Sequence record: NC_012638.1
DNA: 64,000 nt
Reading direction: 5' to 3' (one strand)
Source of the DNA: Escherichia phage RB14
Shown here: positions 56,108-64,000 of the stretch, one piece after another
How the letters are laid out: the number at the start of each line of letters is the position of its first letter
Numbering within the stretch: the first letter of the stretch is position 1
Program-made: the position numbers and the translations under genes
Notes under the pieces: model-generated
Told to the model about the DNA's origin: nothing
What the model saw: the letters and a program-made list of their open reading frames with translations, nothing else
The model's database searches: none

Positions 56108-59053
56108 ATGGCTACTTTAAAACAAATACAATTTAAAAGAAGCAAAACCGCAGGTCAACGTCCTGCTGCTTCAGTATTAGCCGAAGGTGAATTGGCTATA
56201 AACTTAAAAGATAAAACAATTTTCACAAAAGATGACTCAGGTAGTGTTATAGAATTAGGTTTAAAATATGGAGGAACAATTGATGGTTCTTTAACTGTTA
56301 ATGGAAGCATAATTGGAAATTTAACAGGTAACGCTGCAACCGCAACGAAATTGCAAACACCTAGGAAAATTAATGGTATATCTTTTGATGGGTCAAAGGA
56401 CATTACCCTAACTCCATCTGACATAAATGTCAATAGCACAACATTTATAAAAAATAATGGCGAATTACCTACTAATGCTAATTTAGATGAGTATGGGCCC
56501 ATTGAAGAATATCTTGGTGTTTGGTCGAAATCTACTTCAACAAATGCGCAACCAGCAAATAAATTCCCAGAAGAAAATGCCGTAGGTGTACTAGAAGTAT
56601 TTGTGGCCGGCCAATTTGCTGGCACTCAGCGTTATACTGTAAGATCTGGTAACGTCTATATTCGTTCCTTATCTGCTAAATGGAATGGCGTCGATGGTCC
56701 ATGGGGTCCGTGGCGCAATATTCAAACTGGCACACGTCCACTATCAACTACGCTAGACTTGAATACTTTAGGTGATGCTTCTCATTTTGGGTTATGGCGA
56801 AATAGTTCAAGTGCCATTGCAACATTTTCTCGAAATTACCCAGAAGAAGGTGGTCTCGCGCAAGGTCTTTTAGAAATTTATGAAGGCGGTAACTATTCTC
56901 GTACACAACGTTATACTACCCGAATGGGTGTTGTATATGTTCGTTGTCTTGCTAGCGCATGGGATCCAGAAGCTCCGAATTGGGGAGAGTGGCAACAAGT
57001 AGGTATGGTTACTCCCAGCACATTCTATGACGGAGATCTGAATGATTTTAAAACTCCTGGATTATATAATATTTTAGGCACTGATGCCGTTATTAACTGT
57101 CCTACCGGTGAAGGTTTGCCGACTGTTATTGTTGGTTTGCTGGAAGTTAAACAGCGTGCTTCTGGCGGTGCTATTTTCCAAAAATTTACTACTGCCGGAA
57201 CGGGTGCAACTACTCGCGATCGTATTTTTGAGCGTGCATATACTGGTGGTGTGTGGGGTGCATGGAACGAAGTATATACATCTTATTCTCTGCCAATTAC
57301 TTTGGGTATGGGTGGTGTTAAAACTCAATTAGCGGAGCTAGATTGGCAAACATTTGATTTTGTTCCTGGTAGTATGTTTAGCGTTCCTTTGAACAAAATA
57401 AAGAACATGCCAGCAAATATGAATTGGGGTACGATTGACGGAAACTTGGTTATGTTTTCTGTCGGTCCTAGCGAACACACTGGCACAGGACGTACTGTTC
57501 AGGTTTGGCGTGGTACTGTATCCCAGACAAACTACCGTTATTTTGTCGTTCGTGTGTTCGGTAATTCTGGAAATAGAACTTGCACAGTTCGCCGTGTTGT
57601 TCTTGAAGACGGATCACATACTTGGACTGCTCAACAAAACTTTAGGGGATTGTTGAATATCACTGCTGCTGTTAATCTTGGTGCTAATCAGAAAATTTCA
57701 CTTGCTCCAGGAGCATATATTCAAGCCCCTGCTAGCGGTTCTGGTTCTAATACTTACGCGAATCAGAATACTACCATTGCACCATTATATCAGGCCATTG
57801 ACGATTCAAATAAAAACCAGTTTGCGCCAATTGTTAAACAGAAAAATACTGTAAGTAATATCACCTTTGCCACTGGTATGGCTATAGGTACATCCGAATA
57901 TAAGATCATTGCTCAGGGTGATTTATCAGCTAATGGAACAGCAGATGGGTTAAAACAATGGACTTTCATGCCGTCAGGTTATTTTAAATCTCCAGGGCGT
58001 GTATATGTCGGTGATGCGTTCCTTAATACAGATGGTAATATTGCCGGTTCAATCTGGAAGAAATATAACAATGCGACAAATTTAGATGCTGCCTTGAATA
58101 CTCGCGTAGGTAAAGGCGGTGATACGATGACAGGTCGGTTAACAATCAATGCACCTAATGATTCTATTGTATTATCAACAACTGCTAGTAATTCTTTGCA
58201 TATTCGCGGTGACATAGACGGGACTGGTAACTGGTATATTGGCAAGGGTGGTGCTGATAATTCGCTAGCATTTTATAGCTATGCTACTCAGGCGGCAGTA
58301 CATATCACAAACAATGGTGAGATTTCGCTAAATCCACAAAATACCGCAATGGTTAACGTTAACCGCGATCGTGTACACATTAACGGTTCTGGATGGATTG
58401 CTAGACAACCGGGTGATTGGGGCAACCAATGGCGAGTAGAAGCTCCATTATTCGTTGATCATGGTTATGTTGGTCAAGATAGTTATTATCCTATTCTTAA
58501 AGCAAGAAGCGTTATAACCAATCAAGGATATAGCACCGCTGTTGACTTTGGTATGCGTCGTATTCCAGCACAGTGGGGGCAAGCAATCATTCGTGTCGGA
58601 TCCACGGAGGCTTCTCCTGATGCTGGACACCCACAAGCTGTATTTGAATTCCATCATGATGGATTCTTTTATACACCAGGAAATGGTAGCTTTAGCGATG
58701 TGTATATTCGTTCTGACTCCCGTCTCAAGATTAATAAAGAAGAATTAGAATATGGAGCGGTCGAAAAAGTTTGCCGACTGAAAGTTTATATTTACGATAA
58801 AGTTAAGTCTATTAAAGACCGTAGTGTTATTAAACGTGAAGTTGGTATTATTGCTCAGGACCTTGAAAAGGAATTACCGGAAGCTGTATCTAAAGTTGAA
58901 GTTGATGGATCTGATGTTCTGACAATTTCTAACTCTGCTGTGAATGCTCTTTTAATTAAGGCTATTCAGGAAATGAGTGAAGAAATTAAAGAATTGAAAA
59001 CGCCTCTCTTTACTAAAATTGCTCGCAAAATTAGTAAATATTTTAAATTCTAA
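56108..59053 (+). CDS. 37: Long tail fibre distal subunit gp37 (981 aa) with C-terminal intramolecular-chaperone-like domain
   Basis: N-terminus matches gp37; C-terminal about 110 aa (from ...[17 protein letters not shown]...) resembles self-cleaving chaperone domains. Confidence 0.88.
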   Translation: MATLKQIQFKRSKTAGQRPAASVLAEGELAINLKDKTIFTKDDSGSVIELGLKYGGTIDGSLTVNGSIIGNLTGNAATATKLQTPRKINGISFDGSKDITLTPSDINVNSTTFIKNNGELPTNANLDEYGPIEEYLGVWSKSTSTNAQPANKFPEENAVGVLEVFVAGQFAGTQRYTVRSGNVYIRSLSAKWNGVDGPWGPWRNIQTGTRPLSTTLDLNTLGDASHFGLWRNSSSAIATFSRNYPEEGGLAQGLLEIYEGGNYSRTQRYTTRMGVVYVRCLASAWDPEAPNWGEWQQVGMVTPSTFYDGDLNDFKTPGLYNILGTDAVINCPTGEGLPTVIVGLLEVKQRASGGAIFQKFTTAGTGATTRDRIFERAYTGGVWGAWNEVYTSYSLPITLGMGGVKTQLAELDWQTFDFVPGSMFSVPLNKIKNMPANMNWGTIDGNLVMFSVGPSEHTGTGRTVQVWRGTVSQTNYRYFVVRVFGNSGNRTCTVRRVVLEDGSHTWTAQQNFRGLLNITAAVNLGANQKISLAPGAYIQAPASGSGSNTYANQNTTIAPLYQAIDDSNKNQFAPIVKQKNTVSNITFATGMAIGTSEYKIIAQGDLSANGTADGLKQWTFMPSGYFKSPGRVYVGDAFLNTDGNIAGSIWKKYNNATNLDAALNTRVGKGGDTMTGRLTINAPNDSIVLSTTASNSLHIRGDIDGTGNWYIGKGGADNSLAFYSYATQAAVHITNNGEISLNPQNTAMVNVNRDRVHINGSGWIARQPGDWGNQWRVEAPLFVDHGYVGQDSYYPILKARSVITNQGYSTAVDFGMRRIPAQWGQAIIRVGSTEASPDAGHPQAVFEFHHDGFFYTPGNGSFSDVYIRSDSRLKINKEELEYGAVEKVCRLKVYIYDKVKSIKDRSVIKREVGIIAQDLEKELPEAVSKVEVDGSDVLTISNSAVNALLIKAIQEMSEEIKELKTPLFTKIARKISKYFKF

Positions 59054-59089
59054 CAACAAGGGGGAAATGCCCCCTTTGGAGTATAAATT

Positions 59090-59872
59090 ATGGCAGTAGT
59101 TGGAGTTCCTGGCTGGATTGGAAGTTCAGCCGTAAATGAAACGGGACAGCGCTGGATGAGTCAAGCGGCTGGTCAATTAAGATTGGGTGTTCCTTGCTGG
59201 ATGAGTCAATTTGCAGGTCGCTCACGAGAAATTATTCACACGCTTGGAGCAGACCATAACTTCAATGGTCAATGGTTCCGAGATAGATGTTTTGAGGCAG
59301 GTAGTGCACCTATAGTGTTTAATATCACTGGAGATTTAGTATCATATTCTAAAGATGTTCCTTTATTCTTCATGTACGGAGATACACCAAATGAATATGT
59401 TCAGTTGAATATACACGGTGTAACGATGTATGGACGTGGCGGTAATGGTGGTAGCAATAGTCCTGGCTCAGCTGGAGGTCATTGTATTCAAAACGATATT
59501 GGTGGGAGACTAAGAATTAATAATGGTGGAGCTATTGCAGGCGGTGGCGGCGGTGGCGGCGGCGGATATTATTCTCCTTTTTCACAAATGAGATTGACCT
59601 TTGGCGGCGGTGGCGGTCGTCCTTTTGGTGCGCCGGGCGGATCTATTGATATGCAATCAGGTGCGACTGGTGGTACTATTTCTTCACCTGGCTCAGGATC
59701 CGTGAATGGTATCTATAATGGTGGAAACGGTGGTGAAGTAGGTTCCGCGGGAGGTAGATGCAATATTCGCGGTCAAGGATCTGAATATGATGGAGGTGCT
59801 GCTGGTTATGCTGTCATAGGGTCCGCTCCAACATGGCAAAATGTTGGAGCAATATATGGTCCAAGAGTATAA
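59090..59872 (+). CDS. 38: Tail fibre adhesin gp38, T2 type (260 aa, glycine-rich)
   Basis: Poly-Gly tracts (GGGGGGGGG, GGGGG) separating short variable segments; N-terminus [15 protein letters not shown]. Confidence 0.85.
   Translation: MAVVGVPGWIGSSAVNETGQRWMSQAAGQLRLGVPCWMSQFAGRSREIIHTLGADHNFNGQWFRDRCFEAGSAPIVFNITGDLVSYSKDVPLFFMYGDTPNEYVQLNIHGVTMYGRGGNGGSNSPGSAGGHCIQNDIGGRLRINNGGAIAGGGGGGGGGYYSPFSQMRLTFGGGGGRPFGAPGGSIDMQSGATGGTISSPGSGSVNGIYNGGNGGEVGSAGGRCNIRGQGSEYDGGAAGYAVIGSAPTWQNVGAIYGPRV
59541..59617 (+). repeat. GGY-codon simple repeats encoding polyglycine tracts in gene 38
   Basis: GCGGTGGCGGCGGTGGCGGCGGCGGA and GGCGGCGGTGGCGGT runs. Confidence 0.85.
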
Positions 59873-59902
59873 TGTGAATAAATACCCTTAAAAGGAGGGT
59901 CT

Positions 59903-60559
59903 ATGGCAGCACCTAGAATATCATTTTCGCCCTCTGATATTCTATTTGGTGTTCTAGATCGCTTGTTCAAAGATAACGCTACCGGGAAAGTTCTTGCTTC
60001 CCGGGTAGCTGTCGTAATTCTTTTGTTTATAATGGCGATTGTTTGGTATAGGGGAGATAGTTTCTTTGAGTACTATAAGCAATCAAAGTATGAAACATAC
60101 AGTGAAATTATTGAAAAGGAAAGAAATGCACGCTTTGAATCTGTCGCCCTGGAACAACTCCAGATAGTTCATATATCATCTGAGGCAGACTTTAGTGCGG
60201 TGTATTCTTTCCGCCCTAAAAACTTAAACTATTTTGTTGATATTATAGCATACGAAGGAAGATTACCTTCAACAATAAGTGAAAAATCACTTGGAGGATA
60301 TCCTGTCGATAAAACTATGGATGAATACACAGTTCATTTAAATGGACGCCATTATTATTCCGACTCAAAATTTGCTTTTTTACCAACTAAAAAGCCTACT
60401 CCCGAAATAAATTACATGTACAGTTGTCCATATTTCAATTTGGATAATATCTATGCTGGAACAATAACCATGTACTGGTATAGAAATGATCATATAAGTA
60501 ATGACCGCCTTGAATCAATATGTTCTCAGGCGGCCAGAATATTAGGAAGGGCTAAATAA
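59903..60559 (+). CDS. t: Holin T (218 aa)
   Basis: 218 aa; one N-terminal transmembrane segment and a large C-terminal domain; T4 position. Confidence 0.9.
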   Translation: MAAPRISFSPSDILFGVLDRLFKDNATGKVLASRVAVVILLFIMAIVWYRGDSFFEYYKQSKYETYSEIIEKERNARFESVALEQLQIVHISSEADFSAVYSFRPKNLNYFVDIIAYEGRLPSTISEKSLGGYPVDKTMDEYTVHLNGRHYYSDSKFAFLPTKKPTPEINYMYSCPYFNLDNIYAGTITMYWYRNDHISNDRLESICSQAARILGRAK

Positions 60560-60832
60560 TTATTTGTTTGTATACATCTCTAGATATCGATATACACCCT
60601 CAAAACCCTCGTTGAATTCGTCGATGAGGGTTTTCTTATCTTCTTGGGTTAATTCAGAAACAATTTTACGGAATGAATTCTGATTTAACTTTCTACCTTC
60701 ATGCGTTACTCCAATCTCATTCAGAAATGCAATAAAATTAGCACGATTCTCAACAATATCTTCTCTGGAAAATTTAATCAAAATAGACGCAACAGTAATA
60801 ATTTCACGAACTGTATCAATGTTTTTATTCAT
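60560..60832 (-). CDS. asiA: Anti-sigma70 factor AsiA (90 aa)
   Basis: 90 aa; matches recalled AsiA. Confidence 0.9.
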   Translation of the reverse strand: MNKNIDTVREIITVASILIKFSREDIVENRANFIAFLNEIGVTHEGRKLNQNSFRKIVSELTQEDKKTLIDEFNEGFEGVYRYLEMYTNK

Positions 60833-60844
60833 TAACTATACCAC

Positions 60845-60997
60845 TCAATTAGTTGACTTTATTATAATATCATCAGACGCTTGATTTGTAAACTGGTCTG
60901 TGTTATTTTCTTCAAAAATTTTTTCTACGAATTCCTTGAACGACTCGCGTTCCTGAGCTACATTATGCTCGATTACCATTTCAAGATTATGACTCAT
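60845..60997 (-). CDS. Small hypothetical protein (asiA.1 position, 50 aa)
   Basis: Found by hand; ATG overlaps arn stop (ATGA). Confidence 0.4.
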   Translation of the reverse strand: MSHNLEMVIEHNVAQERESFKEFVEKIFEENNTDQFTNQASDDIIIKSTN

Positions 60998-61272
60998 TCG
61001 AAATAATCTTCAATTTCGTAATCATGGACATAAATCATTATAGTTTCTAATACATCATCAATACTTTTTCCTGGAGCTGGAATTACGTAAAAATATCCTG
61101 CTTTTGAGAGGTCTTTATAAGTTCCAACCAAGAAATCATTATTCTCAAGATGTAGTTCTTCAACTAATTCATTAACAATTGAGTGGTATAAATTTGGTAG
61201 AAACTTATATAGCTTTTCTAGAATATCAATTTTGATTGTGTATTGAACCACAGATTGAGAATCAATAATCAT
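60994..61272 (-). CDS. arn: Arn, anti-restriction (McrBC inhibitor) DNA-mimic protein (92 aa)
   Basis: 92 aa acidic protein in the T4 arn position. Confidence 0.75.
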   Translation of the reverse strand: MIIDSQSVVQYTIKIDILEKLYKFLPNLYHSIVNELVEELHLENNDFLVGTYKDLSKAGYFYVIPAPGKSIDDVLETIMIYVHDYEIEDYFE

Positions 61273-61355
61273 AGACCTTCCCCTTATGTTTCTGTTTGCG
61301 ATTAGATTCTTTAAACGCTTTCTTCTTATCCTTATGGACAGAAGCTTTATTAAAA

Positions 61356-61574
61356 TTATGTTTTGCGACTAAATTGTTCATAGTGCTGAATTACCTCTCT
61401 TAAACATTTGCATGTGAATGAAAACTTTTTAGCTACACCACATTCAAATATATGTTCTCTTAAATCACGTGTGTCAGTATATCCCATCTCAACAATAAAA
61501 TGCCGTATTAGATTTTTATCTTTATCGTTGAGAGAATTAAAATAATCGGATTTTGAATTAATTTCCCTGGCCAA
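61356..61574 (-). CDS. Hypothetical protein, start uncertain (TTG; first in-frame ATG gives 43 aa)
   Basis: ORF has no ATG at its 5' end; several Cys residues. Confidence 0.35.
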   Translation of the reverse strand: MAREINSKSDYFNSLNDKDKNLIRHFIVEMGYTDTRDLREHIFECGVAKKFSFTCKCLREVIQHYEQFSRKT

Positions 61575-61854
61575 ATTGAATCACCTTCAGTTGACGTTTT
61601 AGCTCTTTTATCATCTCTTCGTTCATCGCAATATAAAGATCGCGTAAAGCAGGTTTTATCATTCCATTTATTGGGGAACTAAATGGGCATACATAATCTT
61701 TTCCTACGAGCTTTTTAGTGAATTCCATATCACAAAACTGAAATGCAGGTTCATTAGCATAAATTCCCCAATTGGTTGACATCATTTTATTGGCATATTC
61801 CAATGCTTGGATTTGATTAGTAATTCCATCAATTTGAAACTTTTTAATATTCAT
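61558..61854 (-). CDS. Hypothetical protein (98 aa)
   Basis: ATG start. Confidence 0.55.
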   Translation of the reverse strand: MNIKKFQIDGITNQIQALEYANKMMSTNWGIYANEPAFQFCDMEFTKKLVGKDYVCPFSSPINGMIKPALRDLYIAMNEEMIKELKRQLKVIQFGQGN

Positions 61855-62321
61855 TAGTAAAGGTCCTCGGAGTAAAGTTCTTTTTCACTACCACCACGTT
61901 CAATACGCACTTGTCCAGCGTAAGTTGCAATAATCATTGCTTCTTCACGTGTCCAGTAATTGCTATACTGGTCAATAAATCCTTGGTCTTCACCACAAAC
62001 ATGGTCTGATACAAGTTTATCACTTACCTGGTCAAGAACTTCAGCCATATCTTTAGAATAATGACGAGCACCAGGAATAACCAGAGTCCCACCATCTTTT
62101 AACTTAAAGCGGTTGGCTGCACACACAATTCGACGTTGATATTTTTCATTATTGTTCCAATGAGCTACTTGCCAACAGATTTCAGGAACCTCTTCTAAAA
62201 CATCCTCTTCCGTATATTCGGTGTAGTCGCCATAGGCCTGTAATTTAGCTGCTAGACTTTCTGGAGTTTCACGTAATAAAGCCAGGTCTAATAATTCAAG
62301 ACGCTCTTTGAAGGTTTTCAT
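61854..62321 (-). CDS. Hypothetical protein (155 aa)
   Basis: ATG start; overlaps neighbours by 1-4 nt. Confidence 0.6.
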   Translation of the reverse strand: MKTFKERLELLDLALLRETPESLAAKLQAYGDYTEYTEEDVLEEVPEICWQVAHWNNNEKYQRRIVCAANRFKLKDGGTLVIPGARHYSKDMAEVLDQVSDKLVSDHVCGEDQGFIDQYSNYWTREEAMIIATYAGQVRIERGGSEKELYSEDLY

Positions 62322-62473
62322 TTGGTTTCCTCAACACTTTTAATTTTTATAGCTTGTTTAGAACTTTCAAAGCATTGACAATATACTCTTACCGCATCAA
62401 ACTGGTTGGCCGCTTTAAGATGGACTACACCTTCGCCGTTATAAAATTCTACGACAATTTTAAATGTTTTCAT
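62318..62473 (-). CDS. Small hypothetical protein (51 aa)
   Basis: Found by hand; ATGA overlaps at both ends suggest coupling. Confidence 0.4.
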   Translation of the reverse strand: MKTFKIVVEFYNGEGVVHLKAANQFDAVRVYCQCFESSKQAIKIKSVEETK

Positions 62474-62799
62474 TTAAACCATCCTTTAATACGCTGCCAC
62501 AAAGTTTTCTGCTGAGCTTTGTTAACACCAATTGAACGAATAACTGGTTGAGATTCCTGGAATTCTTTATAATCAGCAAGGTAAATTTCGTAAGCTGCAT
62601 CTGTAAATGAACTTATCGCTGCCATAAAATTATTGCGAATACCTACTGGAGCATCTTTACTTTCACGAATAATCATGTATTTACCAGTCTTAATCTTTAC
62701 GATAGTTCCAAGATAAGCTCCATGATACCAGATGTCCCAACCCTCTTGAGTAGGTTCTGCACAACGACGAAGTTCATTGATAATTTCTAACTTGTTCAT
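62470..62799 (-). CDS. Hypothetical protein (motA.1 position, 109 aa)
   Basis: ATG start; immediately downstream of motA. Confidence 0.6.
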   Translation of the reverse strand: MNKLEIINELRRCAEPTQEGWDIWYHGAYLGTIVKIKTGKYMIIRESKDAPVGIRNNFMAAISSFTDAAYEIYLADYKEFQESQPVIRSIGVNKAQQKTLWQRIKGWFK

Positions 62800-62809
62800 T
62801 ATTTATTCC

Positions 62810-63445
62810 TCACAGTTCAGATGCTACAGCGATTACTGCTTCAATGTTTTCTGCTGAGCGTTTAATGTCAAGATACACATTACCGTTTTTAGCGATTTTA
62901 CAAGACATTCCGATATCAGTAAATTTCTGAATATGATGTTCCATCATTTTGTATCCAAAAATTCGCATATTTCCATTATTGTTAATTTCAAAATTACGAA
63001 TTCCGTGAGTGCGTTTTTCTAAAATAGCGAGATAGTTACTGCGATAAGTTTCAACCTTTTTAAGAACAAATCCATTTTCATCTAAAAGTTTTAACATGAG
63101 ATCTTTATCTTCTTCCATATCAGAAGTAATCTCACGAGCTTTACGAGTTGCTCGTTTTTTCAGTAGTTCCGGAGCATTTTCCTGTGCGTATAAAGTTGCT
63201 GCGTTTGAAATAATATCCTGGGCTTCACCTGTAATGATTAATCCATCACCAGATTTCTCCACCAGGCCTTTTTTAATCAATACCCCAATATTACTATTAA
63301 CTACTGCGTTACCTAAATCTGGATGCACCTCACGAACTTCTGCAGCTGTAATAAAATCTTTCTTAGCAATAGTAATTAAAATCGCAGCAGTTTTTTCATT
63401 CAGAACATCGTTAGAAGCTTTGATGATGTAAGTTACTTTAGACAT
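62810..63445 (-). CDS. motA: MotA, activator of middle transcription (211 aa)
   Basis: 211 aa; early promoter and terminator upstream. Confidence 0.9.
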   Translation of the reverse strand: MSKVTYIIKASNDVLNEKTAAILITIAKKDFITAAEVREVHPDLGNAVVNSNIGVLIKKGLVEKSGDGLIITGEAQDIISNAATLYAQENAPELLKKRATRKAREITSDMEEDKDLMLKLLDENGFVLKKVETYRSNYLAILEKRTHGIRNFEINNNGNMRIFGYKMMEHHIQKFTDIGMSCKIAKNGNVYLDIKRSAENIEAVIAVASEL

Positions 63446-63477
63446 TTTCTAATCTCCGTAATTCTGTATCAGTAGTT

Positions 63478-63536
63478 GATAGTTGTATAGTACCACAGTA
63501 TGCTTTGGTTGTAAACCGTTTTGTGAAAAAATTTTT
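63478..63536 (-). repeat. 59 bp identical promoter block, copy 2
   Basis: Direct alignment with 47008-47066. Confidence 0.9.
63487..63516 (-). promoter_or_regulatory. Early promoter for motA
   Basis: Identical core to the promoter at 47017-47046. Confidence 0.7.
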
Positions 63537-63546
63537 AAATAAAAAA

Positions 63547-63566
63547 GGGAGAGCCGAGGCTCTCCC
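63547..63566 (-). terminator. Terminator upstream of the motA promoter
   Basis: GGGAGAGCC-GAG-GCTCTCCC hairpin followed on the minus strand by a T-run. Confidence 0.75.
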
Positions 63567-63571
63567 TAAAA

Positions 63572-63721
63572 TTACTGCATGACTGTGATAACTGTCATGA
63601 TAACACGTTGAATTCCGAACGCAAGAAGACCTCCTGCTACAGCTGGAACAACGCCTAAACCCGCCAGTAAAATGCTACCAGATACTAATGCAGCGCTTGT
63701 AATACCAATGAATGGACTCAT
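63572..63721 (-). CDS. Small hydrophobic membrane protein (49 aa)
   Basis: Found by hand; two predicted hydrophobic segments; ATGA overlap with the upstream gene. Confidence 0.4.
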   Translation of the reverse strand: MSPFIGITSAALVSGSILLAGLGVVPAVAGGLLAFGIQRVIMTVITVMQ

Positions 63722-64000
63722 TTGATTTCCTCTAAATCTTTGGTGTATTCGGTAACTACATCAGTAGTTTTCCAATATTCGTTTTCTTCTTTTTTGGCTT
63801 TAGCTTCTTCGGCAAGTTTCTTCGCTTCATCGGAAGTCATATGAAAAATATTCATTCCAACTAGTTTATCAACATAAGAAGAATACATATCGATTTTCGA
63901 AAGTTCTTCGGTCAGTTCTTTACGAGTTTTACCCTGCACAACGATTTCACCTGAAATTACTTTCTTAATGAAATGTGCCTTGGCAAAGGCTAAACGAAAA
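63718..64000 (-). CDS. 3' part of a gene continuing beyond the window; by synteny possibly topoisomerase II medium subunit gp52
   Basis: Open frame to the window edge (track start is GTG, not a real start); identity rests on T4 gene order only. Confidence 0.4.
   Translation of the reverse strand, partial: FRLAFAKAHFIKKVISGEIVVQGKTRKELTEELSKIDMYSSYVDKLVGMNIFHMTSDEAKKLAEEAKAKKEENEYWKTTDVVTEYTKDLEEIK

Noticed and set aside
59541-59617. Short tandem GGC/GGT repeats that could look like a repeat array
   Set aside because: They are in frame inside gene 38 and encode the polyglycine tracts; there are no spacers or array structure, so this is not a CRISPR or VNTR locus.
61262-61381. A 39 aa lysine-rich ORF on the minus strand between arn and the next gene
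   Set aside because: It overlaps the ends of both neighbours in another frame and has no clear Shine-Dalgarno; it may be real but I cannot support it.

Overview
This window is a near-complete, syntenic slice of a T-even (T4-like, Tequatrovirus-type) myovirus genome; the calls rest on recalled T4 protein sequences, lengths and gene order, not on any database search. Plus-strand late structural modules run gene 18 (3' part), 19, 20, 67, 68, 21, 22, 23, 24, then 51-27-28-29-48-54, then long-tail-fibre genes 34-35-36-37-38 and holin t. Between them lie minus-strand early/middle blocks: rnlB-hoc-inh, uvsY-25-26, alt-30-rIII-31-cd-pseT-spanins-alc-rnlA-denA-nrdB-nrdA-td-frd-32-59-33-dsbA-rnh, and asiA-arn-motA. 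The ORF track counts TTG/GTG as starts, so several starts were moved to the first ATG with a Shine-Dalgarno. Departures from T4 as I recall it: td and nrdB are uninterrupted (no group I introns), the nrdB-nrdA and 32-59 spacers are too short for mobE or segG, and gp37/gp38 are of the T2 type (gp37 with a C-terminal self-cleaving chaperone-like domain, gp38 a glycine-rich adhesin). There is also an extra ORF between frd and td, and a second full-length Alt-like ADP-ribosyltransferase next to alt. I found no tRNA, rRNA or CRISPR array. I see no clearly unprecedented multi-gene system; the most interesting signals are two pairs of near-identical early promoter cassettes (one with a hairpin that would sequester the ribosome-binding site in read-through transcripts), the tandem Alt paralogs, a NADAR-like/HAD-like gene pair, and the frd-td insertion.
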